Part shown: positions 39,335 through 50,955 of the stretch, piece after piece
Layout of the letters: each line of letters begins with the position of its first letter
Numbering within the stretch: position 1 is the first letter of the stretch
DNA from: Myxococcota bacterium
GTDB taxonomy: Bacteria; Myxococcota_A; UBA796; UBA2385
DNA length: 64,000 nt
Direction: 5' to 3'
NCBI GenBank assembly: GCA_044344255.1
Contig: JBIJDH010000004.1
Coordinates: forward strand, 352,001-416,000
Made by a program: the position numbers and the translations under genes
The notes under the pieces: model-generated
Told to the model about the DNA's origin: nothing
What the model saw: only the letters and a program-made list of their open reading frames with translations
The model's database searches: none

Positions 39335-40705
39335 TCAGCGCCTCCGGCGTTGACCCCACCGCGCCATGGCCAGGAGCATCAGCAGCGACGCGCCGAACGG
39401 GCGGGAATCGGCGGTAGACCTTGCGGTGCAGCCACAGCCCTTGGCCCCGCCTCCCGCCGAGACTCCTCCGTCTCCGCCCGGCTCGGCGCTGTCCTCAACC
39501 GGGGCGCTGCTGTCGAGGTGACCGCTGTCGGGGTGACCGCTGTCTTCGGGCTCGGGCGCCCCGACCACGCAGAGGCGCTCCTCCTCGGTGGGGACGTCGT
39601 AGAGGAAGCGGCGCGGCTCGTCGCAGTGGTAGTCGGCGGGGCAGTCCTCATCGACCGTGCAGGCCGTGGAGCAGTAGCCGGCCGTCGCGTCGGCGTTGGT
39701 GAAGATGCAGTATTCAGGGCAATTGAAGGAGGTGCGCGAGCAGGCGGCGCCGAGCTCGTCGCGGATCTCGGCGCAGATCGGCATGCCATCGATCTCCACG
39801 CAGTCCCGCTCCCGGTCGGGGTGGATGCCCTCGCAGTCCTCGGCGGTCTCGCAGTCGGCGATCCCGCTCGGGTAGTTCTCGCAGAGGCCGCGGCGGTCAT
39901 CGCCGGAGACCGAGGCCTGCCAGTCGCCCCCGATGTAGCCAAAGAACATGGTGGAGGCGACGAGGAGATACTCGTGGTCCATGCCGGTGGCGTGGCCGAG
40001 CTCGTGGGTGAGCACGCTCGGGGCGTTCAGGGCCGGCGTGGTGGCGTACATATCTCCGGGGCCGGTGATCCAGGCCCAGTCGGCCCCGTTGAGCAGGATG
40101 TCGGCCCCGGCGGGGGTGACGGTCTCGCCGTCGATCTCAAAGCGGGTGGCGGTGAACCCGAGGGTGTCGGTGCCCCACTCCCAGAGCTCGTCCTCCCAGG
40201 CGATGACGTTCAGGCCGTCGTCATCGTCGCGGGCATCGGTGACCCCCGCGTACTCCATGCCGAAGGCCGAGCATTGGATGTCGGTCCACTGGGAGAGTCC
40301 GGCGATGACGACAGCCTCGCTGTCCATGAGGCCGAGATCGGCGCTGCCGGCGGAATTCATATAGAAGACCATGGGAATGCGGTCTTCTTCGTAGTGGACG
40401 CCGTTCAGGTTCCAGGGCGGCGGGGCGGGGGCGAGCGGAGAGAGGCCGGCGCCGAGGCCGCGGGGCACGGGGCCCGCGGCGGCGTCCAGATCGAGCTCCA
40501 CCTGCCAGGTGTCACCGACCCGAAAGACCGGCAGCCCGCGGACCGCCGCGGGAGGGCCGCCGTTGGCGCCGGGCACCACGAACTCGATCCGCTCCCCGGC
40601 CTCGGTCTCCATCTCCACCCGCGTGCGAGGGAAACTGCCGTCGGCCGGGGCTTCGACGCTGACGTGGAGCAGGATTCCGCTGATCAGGAGGGGAGCGGAG
40701 CTCAT
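39335..40705 (-). CDS. Matrixin (M10-like) zinc metalloprotease with Cys-rich domain and MYXO-CTERM-like tail
   Basis: HELGHATGMDH, STM Met-turn, ADILLN, DD..G; KGCGC...TM...RRRR. Confidence 0.85.
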   Translation of the reverse strand: MSSAPLLISGILLHVSVEAPADGSFPRTRVEMETEAGERIEFVVPGANGGPPAAVRGLPVFRVGDTWQVELDLDAAAGPVPRGLGAGLSPLAPAPPPWNLNGVHYEEDRIPMVFYMNSAGSADLGLMDSEAVVIAGLSQWTDIQCSAFGMEYAGVTDARDDDDGLNVIAWEDELWEWGTDTLGFTATRFEIDGETVTPAGADILLNGADWAWITGPGDMYATTPALNAPSVLTHELGHATGMDHEYLLVASTMFFGYIGGDWQASVSGDDRRGLCENYPSGIADCETAEDCEGIHPDRERDCVEIDGMPICAEIRDELGAACSRTSFNCPEYCIFTNADATAGYCSTACTVDEDCPADYHCDEPRRFLYDVPTEEERLCVVGAPEPEDSGHPDSGHLDSSAPVEDSAEPGGDGGVSAGGGAKGCGCTARSTADSRPFGASLLMLLAMARWGQRRRR

Positions 40706-40738
40706 GGCGAGCGCCTCCGCGGCCTCGAGGGGCCGCGC

Positions 40739-41281
40739 TCAAGGGGTGGGAGGGCTCGCCTTACCGCCGGGCAGCGGCGGCGCGGGCATCGAGACCGGGC
40801 GCGGACCGGAGGGGAGGGGAGCGCCGCCGGGGGTACCCGTGGCGGGGCCACCGGGAGGCGGTAGGCCGGCCTCGGCGCCGTCCGCCGGCGCAGGGAGCGG
40901 GAGGGCGGCGACCGCCTTGTCGATGTTGTCGCTCAGCTTGCGGATCTCGGTGGCGATCGCGCCGGCCTCCCCGCGCCGGCTGAGGTGGCCGACGAGGCGG
41001 CCGTATGCGTACTCGAGCGCCAGCGTGCCGTCGGGATCATGCGCCCGCAGCCGATCATCGATGGGGGCGAAGTGCTCGGACCAGGATCGGAGCGCCTCCT
41101 CGCGTGCCTCCTCCCGCTGATCGGCGGCCCAGAGCTTCTGCGCCTGGGTCAGATCGGCTCGGATCTGCGAGGCGTGCACCGTGGCGTCGACCTCGATCGC
41201 GGCCGGCGCGGCGCTCTGCGACGCGGGCTCAGGCCTGCAGCCGAGGCCGAGGAGCAAGAGGAGGGCTCGAACATCTGTCAT
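40739..41281 (-). CDS. Hypothetical helical lipoprotein with Pro-rich tail
   Basis: Lipobox LGLGC; helical domain. Confidence 0.6.
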   Translation of the reverse strand: MTDVRALLLLLGLGCRPEPASQSAAPAAIEVDATVHASQIRADLTQAQKLWAADQREEAREEALRSWSEHFAPIDDRLRAHDPDGTLALEYAYGRLVGHLSRRGEAGAIATEIRKLSDNIDKAVAALPLPAPADGAEAGLPPPGGPATGTPGGAPLPSGPRPVSMPAPPLPGGKASPPTP

Positions 41282-41369
41282 GGGTGTGCTCTAGCCGATC
41301 CACACGCGGGCCGGGACCCCTTGACCGGCCCGGATTGTGCATAGAGTCTCCGGTAAGAGGTACACCACC

Positions 41370-44012
<2,643 letters not shown>

Positions 44013-44013
44013 G

Positions 44014-44697
44014 ATGGTCGGGGGGATGGTCGGGGGGATGGTCGGTGGGATGCTCGCGCTGCTCTTGCCCTTCCTCGACAGCGCGGCGGCTGCCGATCCG
44101 CTCCAGGAGGGGCGGGTGGGCGAGCTCCGTGAGGTCCTGCGCCAGCGAGGCCTGCCCAAGGGCGCGGTGATGGAGGTGATGCGCCTCGCGGTCCCCGGCG
44201 CGGAGGAGCCGGCCTGGAGCCCCGACTGGGGGGCCCTGGTGGCCGGCGCCCAGGCCACCGACGCCCTCGCGGTGAAGGGCGGCATGCGGGTCTTGCAGGT
44301 GGGAGACTTGCCCTCCTGGCAGGACGACGTGCTGATCGGCCTCTCCGCGGATGTCTACCTGCTGAGCGCCGGACCGCCCTCGGTCGCCGAGTCGCTCACC
44401 TGCATGGCGACCGGGGGGCAGCGCATCTGCCTGCTCACCGGGCCGCTGGAGGCGGGCTGGGCCGCTGAGGCTCCCTTCGACCGCATCCTCGTCACCGAGA
44501 CGCTGCCGCGTGTCCCCACGGAGCTCAAGCGCCAGATGGCGGTCGGCGGTCGCCTGATCGTGCCGATCGGGGAGCCCGAGGCGCCGATCTTCACCTTGGT
44601 CACCCACCCGAGCGCCCAGACCTGGCATGAGTCGGTGCTGTTCCAGCGGCTGCCGATCGTCCAGGTGCCGGTCGCGGTGCCCGTGAAGGGGCGCTGA
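44014..44697 (+). CDS. Degenerate protein-L-isoaspartate O-methyltransferase-like protein with signal-peptide-like N-terminus
   Basis: GWAAEAPFDRILVT..LPRVP...Q...GGRLIVPIG matches the PIMT C-terminal half; motif I altered to VLQVGDLPSW. Confidence 0.6.
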   Translation: MVGGMVGGMVGGMLALLLPFLDSAAAADPLQEGRVGELREVLRQRGLPKGAVMEVMRLAVPGAEEPAWSPDWGALVAGAQATDALAVKGGMRVLQVGDLPSWQDDVLIGLSADVYLLSAGPPSVAESLTCMATGGQRICLLTGPLEAGWAAEAPFDRILVTETLPRVPTELKRQMAVGGRLIVPIGEPEAPIFTLVTHPSAQTWHESVLFQRLPIVQVPVAVPVKGR

Positions 44698-44709
44698 TCC
44701 AAGCCGCGC

Positions 44710-46041
44710 TCAGCGGAGCTCGAAGCTGGTCTTCACGTCGTCGGGCGGACCCTCTCCCGCCACTTCGCCTGGGCGGACCTGCCAGGTCCAACGAGGATCG
44801 AGCTTCAGCGCGAGGGTGAGCTCGCCGAGCTTCGCCTCCCAGCCCTCGCCCGCGGGCTGCAAGCTCCACCGGGGATCGATCGCGAAGCGGAGGGCGCGCT
44901 GGCCCTGGTCGGTGAGGAGCACCCGCGCTTGGCGCGCGAGCAGCTCGCGGCGGACCCCGAGCCCCTGGAGCTCGACCTTCGCCTTGTGGCCGTCCACCCG
45001 GGCCTGTCGGAGGGCGGCGGGCGGGTTCGACACCGTGAAGACGTTGAGCGGCCGGCCCGAGGGGTCGCCGATGTCCCACGCGGCGCAACCCTCAGCCTGG
45101 ACCCAGAGGCGCGAGGGCCGTCGCTTGATCTCGCGCCAGGCGACGACGCTGCCTTGCTCCCGCCACGCCCACTGCGCCCAACTCTTGCCTGCGAGGGTCG
45201 GGAGGGGCCCGATGGGCTCACGGCCGGTGAGGCGGCGGGTGAAGGGGTCGGCCTCCCCGCGGCCGGGTCCGGGCAGGGCCTCCCAGGCGACGAGGCGGTT
45301 GATGAGCTGGGCCGTGAGCCCGAGGCGACCGAAAGGGAGGAGCGGGGCCGCCGGCGGGCCGGGAAGGGCGCCGAGCGGCCCAGCGATGCAGTCGAGCGCA
45401 GACGCCGAGTCCACGACCAGGGGGCGGAGGCGGGCCGGGAAGCCGATCCCATTGGCGTCGGCCCAGGCCCAGGCGAGCGTCACGGCCTGCAAGAGCTGAG
45501 CGGCTTCGGCGGGGGAGCCTCGGGGGCCGCCGTCGTTGGAGAGGGCCGCGGGGAGCGAGCGGCCGAGGCCGGCCAGGGCGAGCCCCTCCGCGGCGCGCGC
45601 CCCCGGCAGGGCGGGCCAGGTCAGCGCGGCCACAAAGAGGGCGCAGTCTTGCAGCGCGGCGGCCGGCCCCGCCGCGACCCGCGCGCGGGCGATCGCTTGA
45701 GCGAGGCCTTGGGCCCGGCCAGCGAGGCGGCGCTCGGCTTCGGGGGGCAGCGGCGCCCAGGCGTGCGCGGTGGCGAGGTGGAGGAGGGCGACGGGATCGG
45801 GCTCCGCCGACGGCGGCAGGGCCTCGACCCCGGCTTGGACGGCGGCTCGATCTCCTGACGCGGCGGCGAGCGCGAGCGCGAGGGCGGGATCGGCGGGAGC
45901 GTCGCTGACATCGATGTCCCCGTCGAGGCCGACCGCCAGACCGAGCGGGTGTCGACCGAGGCCGCCGTCGGCCGGCCCGCTGTCGGGCCGCGGCAAGATC
46001 CGCGCCGCCAGGCCCCGGGCGAGGAGCACCCCGAGGCGCAC
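44710..46041 (-). CDS. Hypothetical protein, weakly reminiscent of heparinase II/III architecture
   Basis: Ala-rich helical N-terminus, beta-rich C-terminus; starts 3 nt after the sigma factor stop. Confidence 0.5.
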   Translation of the reverse strand: MRLGVLLARGLAARILPRPDSGPADGGLGRHPLGLAVGLDGDIDVSDAPADPALALALAAASGDRAAVQAGVEALPPSAEPDPVALLHLATAHAWAPLPPEAERRLAGRAQGLAQAIARARVAAGPAAALQDCALFVAALTWPALPGARAAEGLALAGLGRSLPAALSNDGGPRGSPAEAAQLLQAVTLAWAWADANGIGFPARLRPLVVDSASALDCIAGPLGALPGPPAAPLLPFGRLGLTAQLINRLVAWEALPGPGRGEADPFTRRLTGREPIGPLPTLAGKSWAQWAWREQGSVVAWREIKRRPSRLWVQAEGCAAWDIGDPSGRPLNVFTVSNPPAALRQARVDGHKAKVELQGLGVRRELLARQARVLLTDQGQRALRFAIDPRWSLQPAGEGWEAKLGELTLALKLDPRWTWQVRPGEVAGEGPPDDVKTSFELR

Positions 46042-46044
46042 CGC

Positions 46045-47154
46045 TCAGTCCTCCCCGGCGATGGAGAACTCGAAGGCGATCTCTTCGCCCAGCTGCTCGG
46101 TCAGGTATTCGCGGAGGCGTCGCTTCATGCGCGCCTCCACCTGACGGATGCGCTCCTTGCTGACGCTGAAGCGCGCCCCGAGGTCGGACAGGCTGATCGG
46201 CTCCTGGGCGATGAGCCGCTCGAACCAGATCGCCCGCTCGCGCTCGTCGTCGAGGGTGGCGGCGAAGGCCTTGAGGCGGCCTTGTACCATCGCCCCGAGC
46301 TCCGAGGAGCCGACCGCCTCTTCCGGGTCTCCGCCCTCGATGCGGATGATGTCGGAGAGGGGACGGCCTTCGGCGCTCCCGGCGGGCGCGTGGATCGACA
46401 GGGCGGGCGCGGCGAGGTGCTGATCGACGTTGATCACCTCCTGCTCGGGCACGTCGAGGGCCTCCGCCAGCGCGGCGGTGCTGGGGTTGATGCCCTCCCG
46501 GATCAGGCGATCCCGCTCCTTCTGGAGCTGGAAGAACAGCTTCCTGCCGTGGCGGGTGGAGCCGAGCCGCACAAGTCGGTAGTTGTCCATGAGGAAGCGG
46601 AGGATCATCGCCCGGATCCAATACTGGGCGTACGAAGAGAATCGGATCCCCCGGTAGGGGTCGTAGCGTGACAGGGCCTCGACGAGGCCGACGTTCCCCT
46701 CTTGGATGAGGTCGAGCACGTTGGACCACTGTCGATGGTACTGGAAGGCCAGCTTCACGACCAGGCGGAGGTTCGCCGTGACGAGGCGGTTCGCGGCGTC
46801 GGCGTCGCCCGTCTCGGTGTAGCGGATCGCGAGGCGCTTCTCCTCTTCGGGATCCAGCAGCGGATATTGCCGTACCTCGGCCAGGTAGTACGCGAGGAGG
46901 TCATCCTTGCGGGCGGCGAGTCCGCCGCTCAGGCGGGGGACGAGCGCCGCGCTCTCCGGCCCGGGCTCGGCCATGACGAAGTCGCCGGCGGTGGGGTCGA
47001 TCAGCTCGATCTCGTCCTCGCCCTCCACCTCGACTGGGCTGACGGCGCCGGGGTCCGCGGAGCTCGACGGCGGATCGGCGGTCAGGGGCTCGGGAGGGTC
47101 TGCCTTTGTCGTGACCACCGGCCTCTTTGCCGGCGACCTTTTGAGTTCCGCCAT
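46045..47154 (-). CDS. RNA polymerase sigma factor, RpoH (sigma-32) family
   Basis: LVTANLRLVVK, DLIQEGNVGL, RFSSYA.YWIRA, RpoH-box-like RKLFFQL, SKERIRQVE; start could be 47178. Confidence 0.9.
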   Translation of the reverse strand: MAELKRSPAKRPVVTTKADPPEPLTADPPSSSADPGAVSPVEVEGEDEIELIDPTAGDFVMAEPGPESAALVPRLSGGLAARKDDLLAYYLAEVRQYPLLDPEEEKRLAIRYTETGDADAANRLVTANLRLVVKLAFQYHRQWSNVLDLIQEGNVGLVEALSRYDPYRGIRFSSYAQYWIRAMILRFLMDNYRLVRLGSTRHGRKLFFQLQKERDRLIREGINPSTAALAEALDVPEQEVINVDQHLAAPALSIHAPAGSAEGRPLSDIIRIEGGDPEEAVGSSELGAMVQGRLKAFAATLDDERERAIWFERLIAQEPISLSDLGARFSVSKERIRQVEARMKRRLREYLTEQLGEEIAFEFSIAGED

Positions 47155-47218
47155 GACATCCTCGGTCGATTTCAACAAGAATGAGGAGAGGGAGACGGGG
47201 GCGGGGCGGCCTCGTGAT

Positions 47219-48058
47219 TCAGGTCGCCGGACCGAATGGCCGGAGATGCCCGGGGGTCTGGAGCCACCGCACGGCCTCCGCGGTGCCTGCGACGAAGGCG
47301 CCGCCCCCGGCTTCGCCGCGGTTCAGGGGCTGTCCGTCGAAGCCCTGGACGACCCCTCCCACGGCCTCGATGAGCGCCACGCCGGCCGCGATGTCCCACG
47401 GTTGCCATCCGGGCCCGATCAGGGCCGCCTCTGCGCCGCCCCCGGCGACCATCGCGAGGTGTACGGCGGTGGATCCGACGCACCGCGCCTTACCCGGCCA
47501 CCGGAGGCGAGCGAAGGCGTGCAGGCGAGACGGGACATAGAGGATCGCCTCGCGGTTGAGTGAGCCCTCGCCGAAGCGGGTGAGGAGGATGCCATCTCGG
47601 AAGGCCCCGAGGCCACGTTCCACGTAGGCGTAGGTGTCGGCGCGGGGCATCCAGACGACCCCTTGTTCGACCTCGCCGTCCGCCGCGAGGCGGGCGAGGG
47701 TGACGCTCCAGGTGGGGAGGCCCTCGAGGAAGGCGCCGGTACCGTCCAGGGGATCAACAAACCAACGCCGACCACTCGTGCCCAGGTGGCCGCCTCCTTC
47801 CTCGGAGATGACGCTGTCATCGGGGAAGGCCGCCCGGAGGCCGGAGACGAGGATGGCCTCGGCGGCGCGGTCTGCGGCGGTCACGAAGGTGCCGTCCGGC
47901 TTGGACTCTCCGCGGGCGACCCGAAAGTGCCGGAGGATCTCCTCACCAGCGCGGCCGACCAGCTCCCGGAGGAGCGAGTCGGTGGGCGATGCGGCGCTGC
48001 CGAGCGGGCGCGCTCCTCCGCGCAGCGAAGCGGTCTCGGGCGAGGTCGGCGCGTGCAT
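47219..48058 (-). CDS. Inositol monophosphatase family protein
   Basis: VTAADRAAE, ISEEG, VDPLDGT, WDIAAG..LIEAVGG. Confidence 0.92.
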   Translation of the reverse strand: MHAPTSPETASLRGGARPLGSAASPTDSLLRELVGRAGEEILRHFRVARGESKPDGTFVTAADRAAEAILVSGLRAAFPDDSVISEEGGGHLGTSGRRWFVDPLDGTGAFLEGLPTWSVTLARLAADGEVEQGVVWMPRADTYAYVERGLGAFRDGILLTRFGEGSLNREAILYVPSRLHAFARLRWPGKARCVGSTAVHLAMVAGGGAEAALIGPGWQPWDIAAGVALIEAVGGVVQGFDGQPLNRGEAGGGAFVAGTAEAVRWLQTPGHLRPFGPAT

Positions 48059-48311
48059 GGTGGCGTGCTAACGTGAAGACCCTCGACGCGCCCCAACGAG
48101 CGGTCGGGGCTCTCTCTGGGCCCGTCGCAGGGGCGCGCCCAGCTGCGCCGACCGAGCCTCCCGGGCTACGAGGCGGCGCGAGGCGGCGCGGTGGCTTGGG
48201 TAGCGGCCTCCGGCGGGCGGCTCGGCGCCAGGGTGTCGTGACGGGAGGGCCAGCGCCGCGGTTCGATGGGGTGAGATGAGTGGGGGTCATGCAGCGAGGG
48301 TGGAGCCAGAG

Positions 48312-50837
48312 ATGAGCGAGGGCACGAACAGACCGGCGGCCGGGTTCAGCGCGGCCGGCCCAGGTGGCGCGGCCGGCGGCAAGGGCAAGCTGCGGCTGCG
48401 GGTCGCCGCGCCCTGGCCGGCCTGGTCGGACGATGTCCGCCAGGGGCAGCTCCTGCGCGCCGACGGCAGCGCCGAGGCGGTCCTCATCCGCCTTCACCCC
48501 GAGGTGAGCGGGGAGGGTGCCCCGCTCGAGCTCTTACAGCGCCGGGCGAAGATCCTGTCCCGCCTTCGAGACCCGAACATCCTCCGCGTCGTCTATGCGA
48601 CCGCGATCGGCGGGCAGGCGGCCGTGGTCTACGAGGGCTTCGAAGGGGCGAGCCTCGCCCGGATCACCCCTCTGCTCGCCCAACACGGGCGGCTGCTCCC
48701 GCTGCGGGCGCTGCTGGAGATCGGAGAGGTGACGGCCCGGGCCGTCCATTCCGCGACCGGAGGCGCGCCGGAGGACGTGGAGCGGGTCCACCATGAAGGC
48801 CCGCAGACGAGCGACCTCCTCATCGATGCGCATGGGATCCTTAAAGTAACTGGCTTTACCGTCATATTTCTGGGCTCTGAGCCCCCCCCTTCTTCGTCGC
48901 AGTGCCCGCCGCCGGAGGGCGGGGGCGCCGGAGGGAGCTGGGCGATCGGGGCCCTGCTGGTCGAGCTCCTCACCGGCGAACGGATGGCCGCCGGCGCCGC
49001 GGACCCTGCGAAGCATGAGGCGAACCTGCGCCGCGCCACCACGCGCGTGCTCGCTCGGGCGGCAGATCCCGTCCCTGAGGCGGTGGTCCAGCTCATCCGG
49101 GCCACGCTGTCTCACGATCCGCGGGCGCGACCCTCGATTCAGGACGTCGCGGATCGGCTGCTCGATCTCTCGAGGGGCCTCTCCAGCACAGGACTGCGCA
49201 GCTGGGCCGCCGGGGCCATCGGAGGCGTGCTCGAAGGGGTCTCTCGTTCGGCGTCCTCACCCCCCGCGGCCTCCCGTGTGCCGATGGTCGATTCGAGCCG
49301 ACCGCTGATGCCGGACACCGACACCGGCGCGTTCCCCGTTCGGACGGTGGGCGGCCCGGCAAGGCTCACGGATGGCTCTGCGCAGCCGCCGGTGTACGAG
49401 CTCTTCTCTGCGCCGACAGCGCCCACTCTGCCTCCCCGTGAGGCGGGACCGCCGGCGCTCGCCCCCTTCGTTCGGGCCGCTGCACCTGGAGAGACGGCTG
49501 CGCTCCCCGCGTCTTCCGGGCCGCAGGCTTCGCCACGACCTCCCTCGAGCGTGCCCCCGGTGCGCTCGGCTGTCCCTCCGATACGGAGCCTGGACGAGAC
49601 GTCTGCGGTTCGTCCGCCTCGCCCCACCGAGGCCGTCCCCTCAGTCCCCTTCACCCGCCTCGCGCCAATCGAGGTCACCGCCGCCGCTCCGCGACCCGCC
49701 CCCTCGGCGGGGCGGCCGATGGGCTCCCTCCCCATCTCCGTCGGCACGCTGGGCGCCCCCGAACTTTCGGCGGTGGACGATGACTACGAGCACGCACCCA
49801 CCTCGATGGTGCAGGACGACCAGCTCACCCTGGCGATCGCGCCATCGCAGCCATCGTCGGTGTTGTCCTCCAGCTCGACCGGCGGACCGAACGGCCCGAG
49901 TCCGTCGAGCGGTCCGGCCCTCTCCGCTCGGGGTGGGGGGCCCCGGGCGGGCGGAGCGGGCGCGATCTCGGTGCGCGGTCCCGGAGGGGGCGGCCCCGTG
50001 GGGATCGCGATCGGCGCACAAGCGCCACTCGGCTCCCGCGAGGAGGCGGCGGTCGGCCTGGAGCTCGCCGCGGACATGTCCCCGCCCGGCGCAGATCGCC
50101 GCGCGCCAGTCCCCAACCCGGCCTCGGGCAGCCCGGGGCTGCGGTTGTTGGTCTTCTTCGCCGTCGGGGTGCTGATCACGGGCGCCCTCGTGGTGGCCTG
50201 GTTCGTCGCCTCACCGGGGGTCCCGGAAGAGGAGGTCCAAGGCCTCGCGCCGCCGGCCTCGTCGCTCGTCGGTTCGGGACCCCCTCCCTCGCCCGCGAGC
50301 CCCGCAGAGCAGCCCTTGGACGCCGACCAGGCGTTGGTCGACGAGGCGCCGCCTGTCGCTCCGGCTGTGGCTCCGGCGAGCCCCGCCCCCGCCGCGTCGG
50401 CCCCGTCGGGCAAGGTGTCTAAGCCCGCGGCGCCTTCAACCTCCACCCGAGCCGCGACCTCGCCCGCGGCCGCCGCGGCCCCGACGCCAGAGGATTCGGA
50501 GGACGCGGAGGACGACGTACCCGCCCGCATCGAGCGCCGGGCGCCGAGCGCGGAGGCGGCTCCGACCGCCGAGGCTGCGCCCTCGACCGCCCCGGCCAGC
50601 GCCGGCCGCTTTCGCCTGGAGTTCCGGGCCGCCGATCCTTCGGTGACTCGGATGGAGGTCCGCTGTCACGAGGGCGTGAGCGGCCAGGGGGGCGCCAGCG
50701 TGGTGCTCCCCGAGGCTGTGCGGGGTCCCTGTCGAGTGACCGGCTTCCAAGGGGACACGCCCATCGTGGCCTTCGTCACCGCGACGGGTGCCCAGAACTT
50801 CGGCTGCTTCGAGGGCGGGGCGCGAACCTGTCGGTAG
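48312..50837 (+). CDS. Membrane-anchored Ser/Thr kinase-like protein, probable pseudokinase
   Basis: Kinase fold cues (LSRLRDPNILRV, YEGFEGASL, WAIGALLVELLTGE, HDPRARPS); HRD is HEG and DFG is GF; long Pro-rich linker, TM, small Cys C-terminal domain; start could be 48276. Confidence 0.75.
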   Translation: MSEGTNRPAAGFSAAGPGGAAGGKGKLRLRVAAPWPAWSDDVRQGQLLRADGSAEAVLIRLHPEVSGEGAPLELLQRRAKILSRLRDPNILRVVYATAIGGQAAVVYEGFEGASLARITPLLAQHGRLLPLRALLEIGEVTARAVHSATGGAPEDVERVHHEGPQTSDLLIDAHGILKVTGFTVIFLGSEPPPSSSQCPPPEGGGAGGSWAIGALLVELLTGERMAAGAADPAKHEANLRRATTRVLARAADPVPEAVVQLIRATLSHDPRARPSIQDVADRLLDLSRGLSSTGLRSWAAGAIGGVLEGVSRSASSPPAASRVPMVDSSRPLMPDTDTGAFPVRTVGGPARLTDGSAQPPVYELFSAPTAPTLPPREAGPPALAPFVRAAAPGETAALPASSGPQASPRPPSSVPPVRSAVPPIRSLDETSAVRPPRPTEAVPSVPFTRLAPIEVTAAAPRPAPSAGRPMGSLPISVGTLGAPELSAVDDDYEHAPTSMVQDDQLTLAIAPSQPSSVLSSSSTGGPNGPSPSSGPALSARGGGPRAGGAGAISVRGPGGGGPVGIAIGAQAPLGSREEAAVGLELAADMSPPGADRRAPVPNPASGSPGLRLLVFFAVGVLITGALVVAWFVASPGVPEEEVQGLAPPASSLVGSGPPPSPASPAEQPLDADQALVDEAPPVAPAVAPASPAPAASAPSGKVSKPAAPSTSTRAATSPAAAAAPTPEDSEDAEDDVPARIERRAPSAEAAPTAEAAPSTAPASAGRFRLEFRAADPSVTRMEVRCHEGVSGQGGASVVLPEAVRGPCRVTGFQGDTPIVAFVTATGAQNFGCFEGGARTCR

Positions 50838-50955
50838 CGACAGGCGGCGCCCGGTCTGACGCTTCTTCTTGCGCTCCCGATCTGGCACCTCCTTCTGGGG
50901 GTGAGCCAATCCAGACGGGCGCTGTGGTAGACATACTGGCCCTCGGAGGTAGCCC

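Noticed and set aside
48825..48852. dif-like site in an AT-rich patch of the pseudokinase gene
   Set aside because: The left arm resembles the XerC arm (GATGCGCAT), but the normally conserved XerD arm TTATGTTAAAT is poorly matched and the site lies in coding sequence
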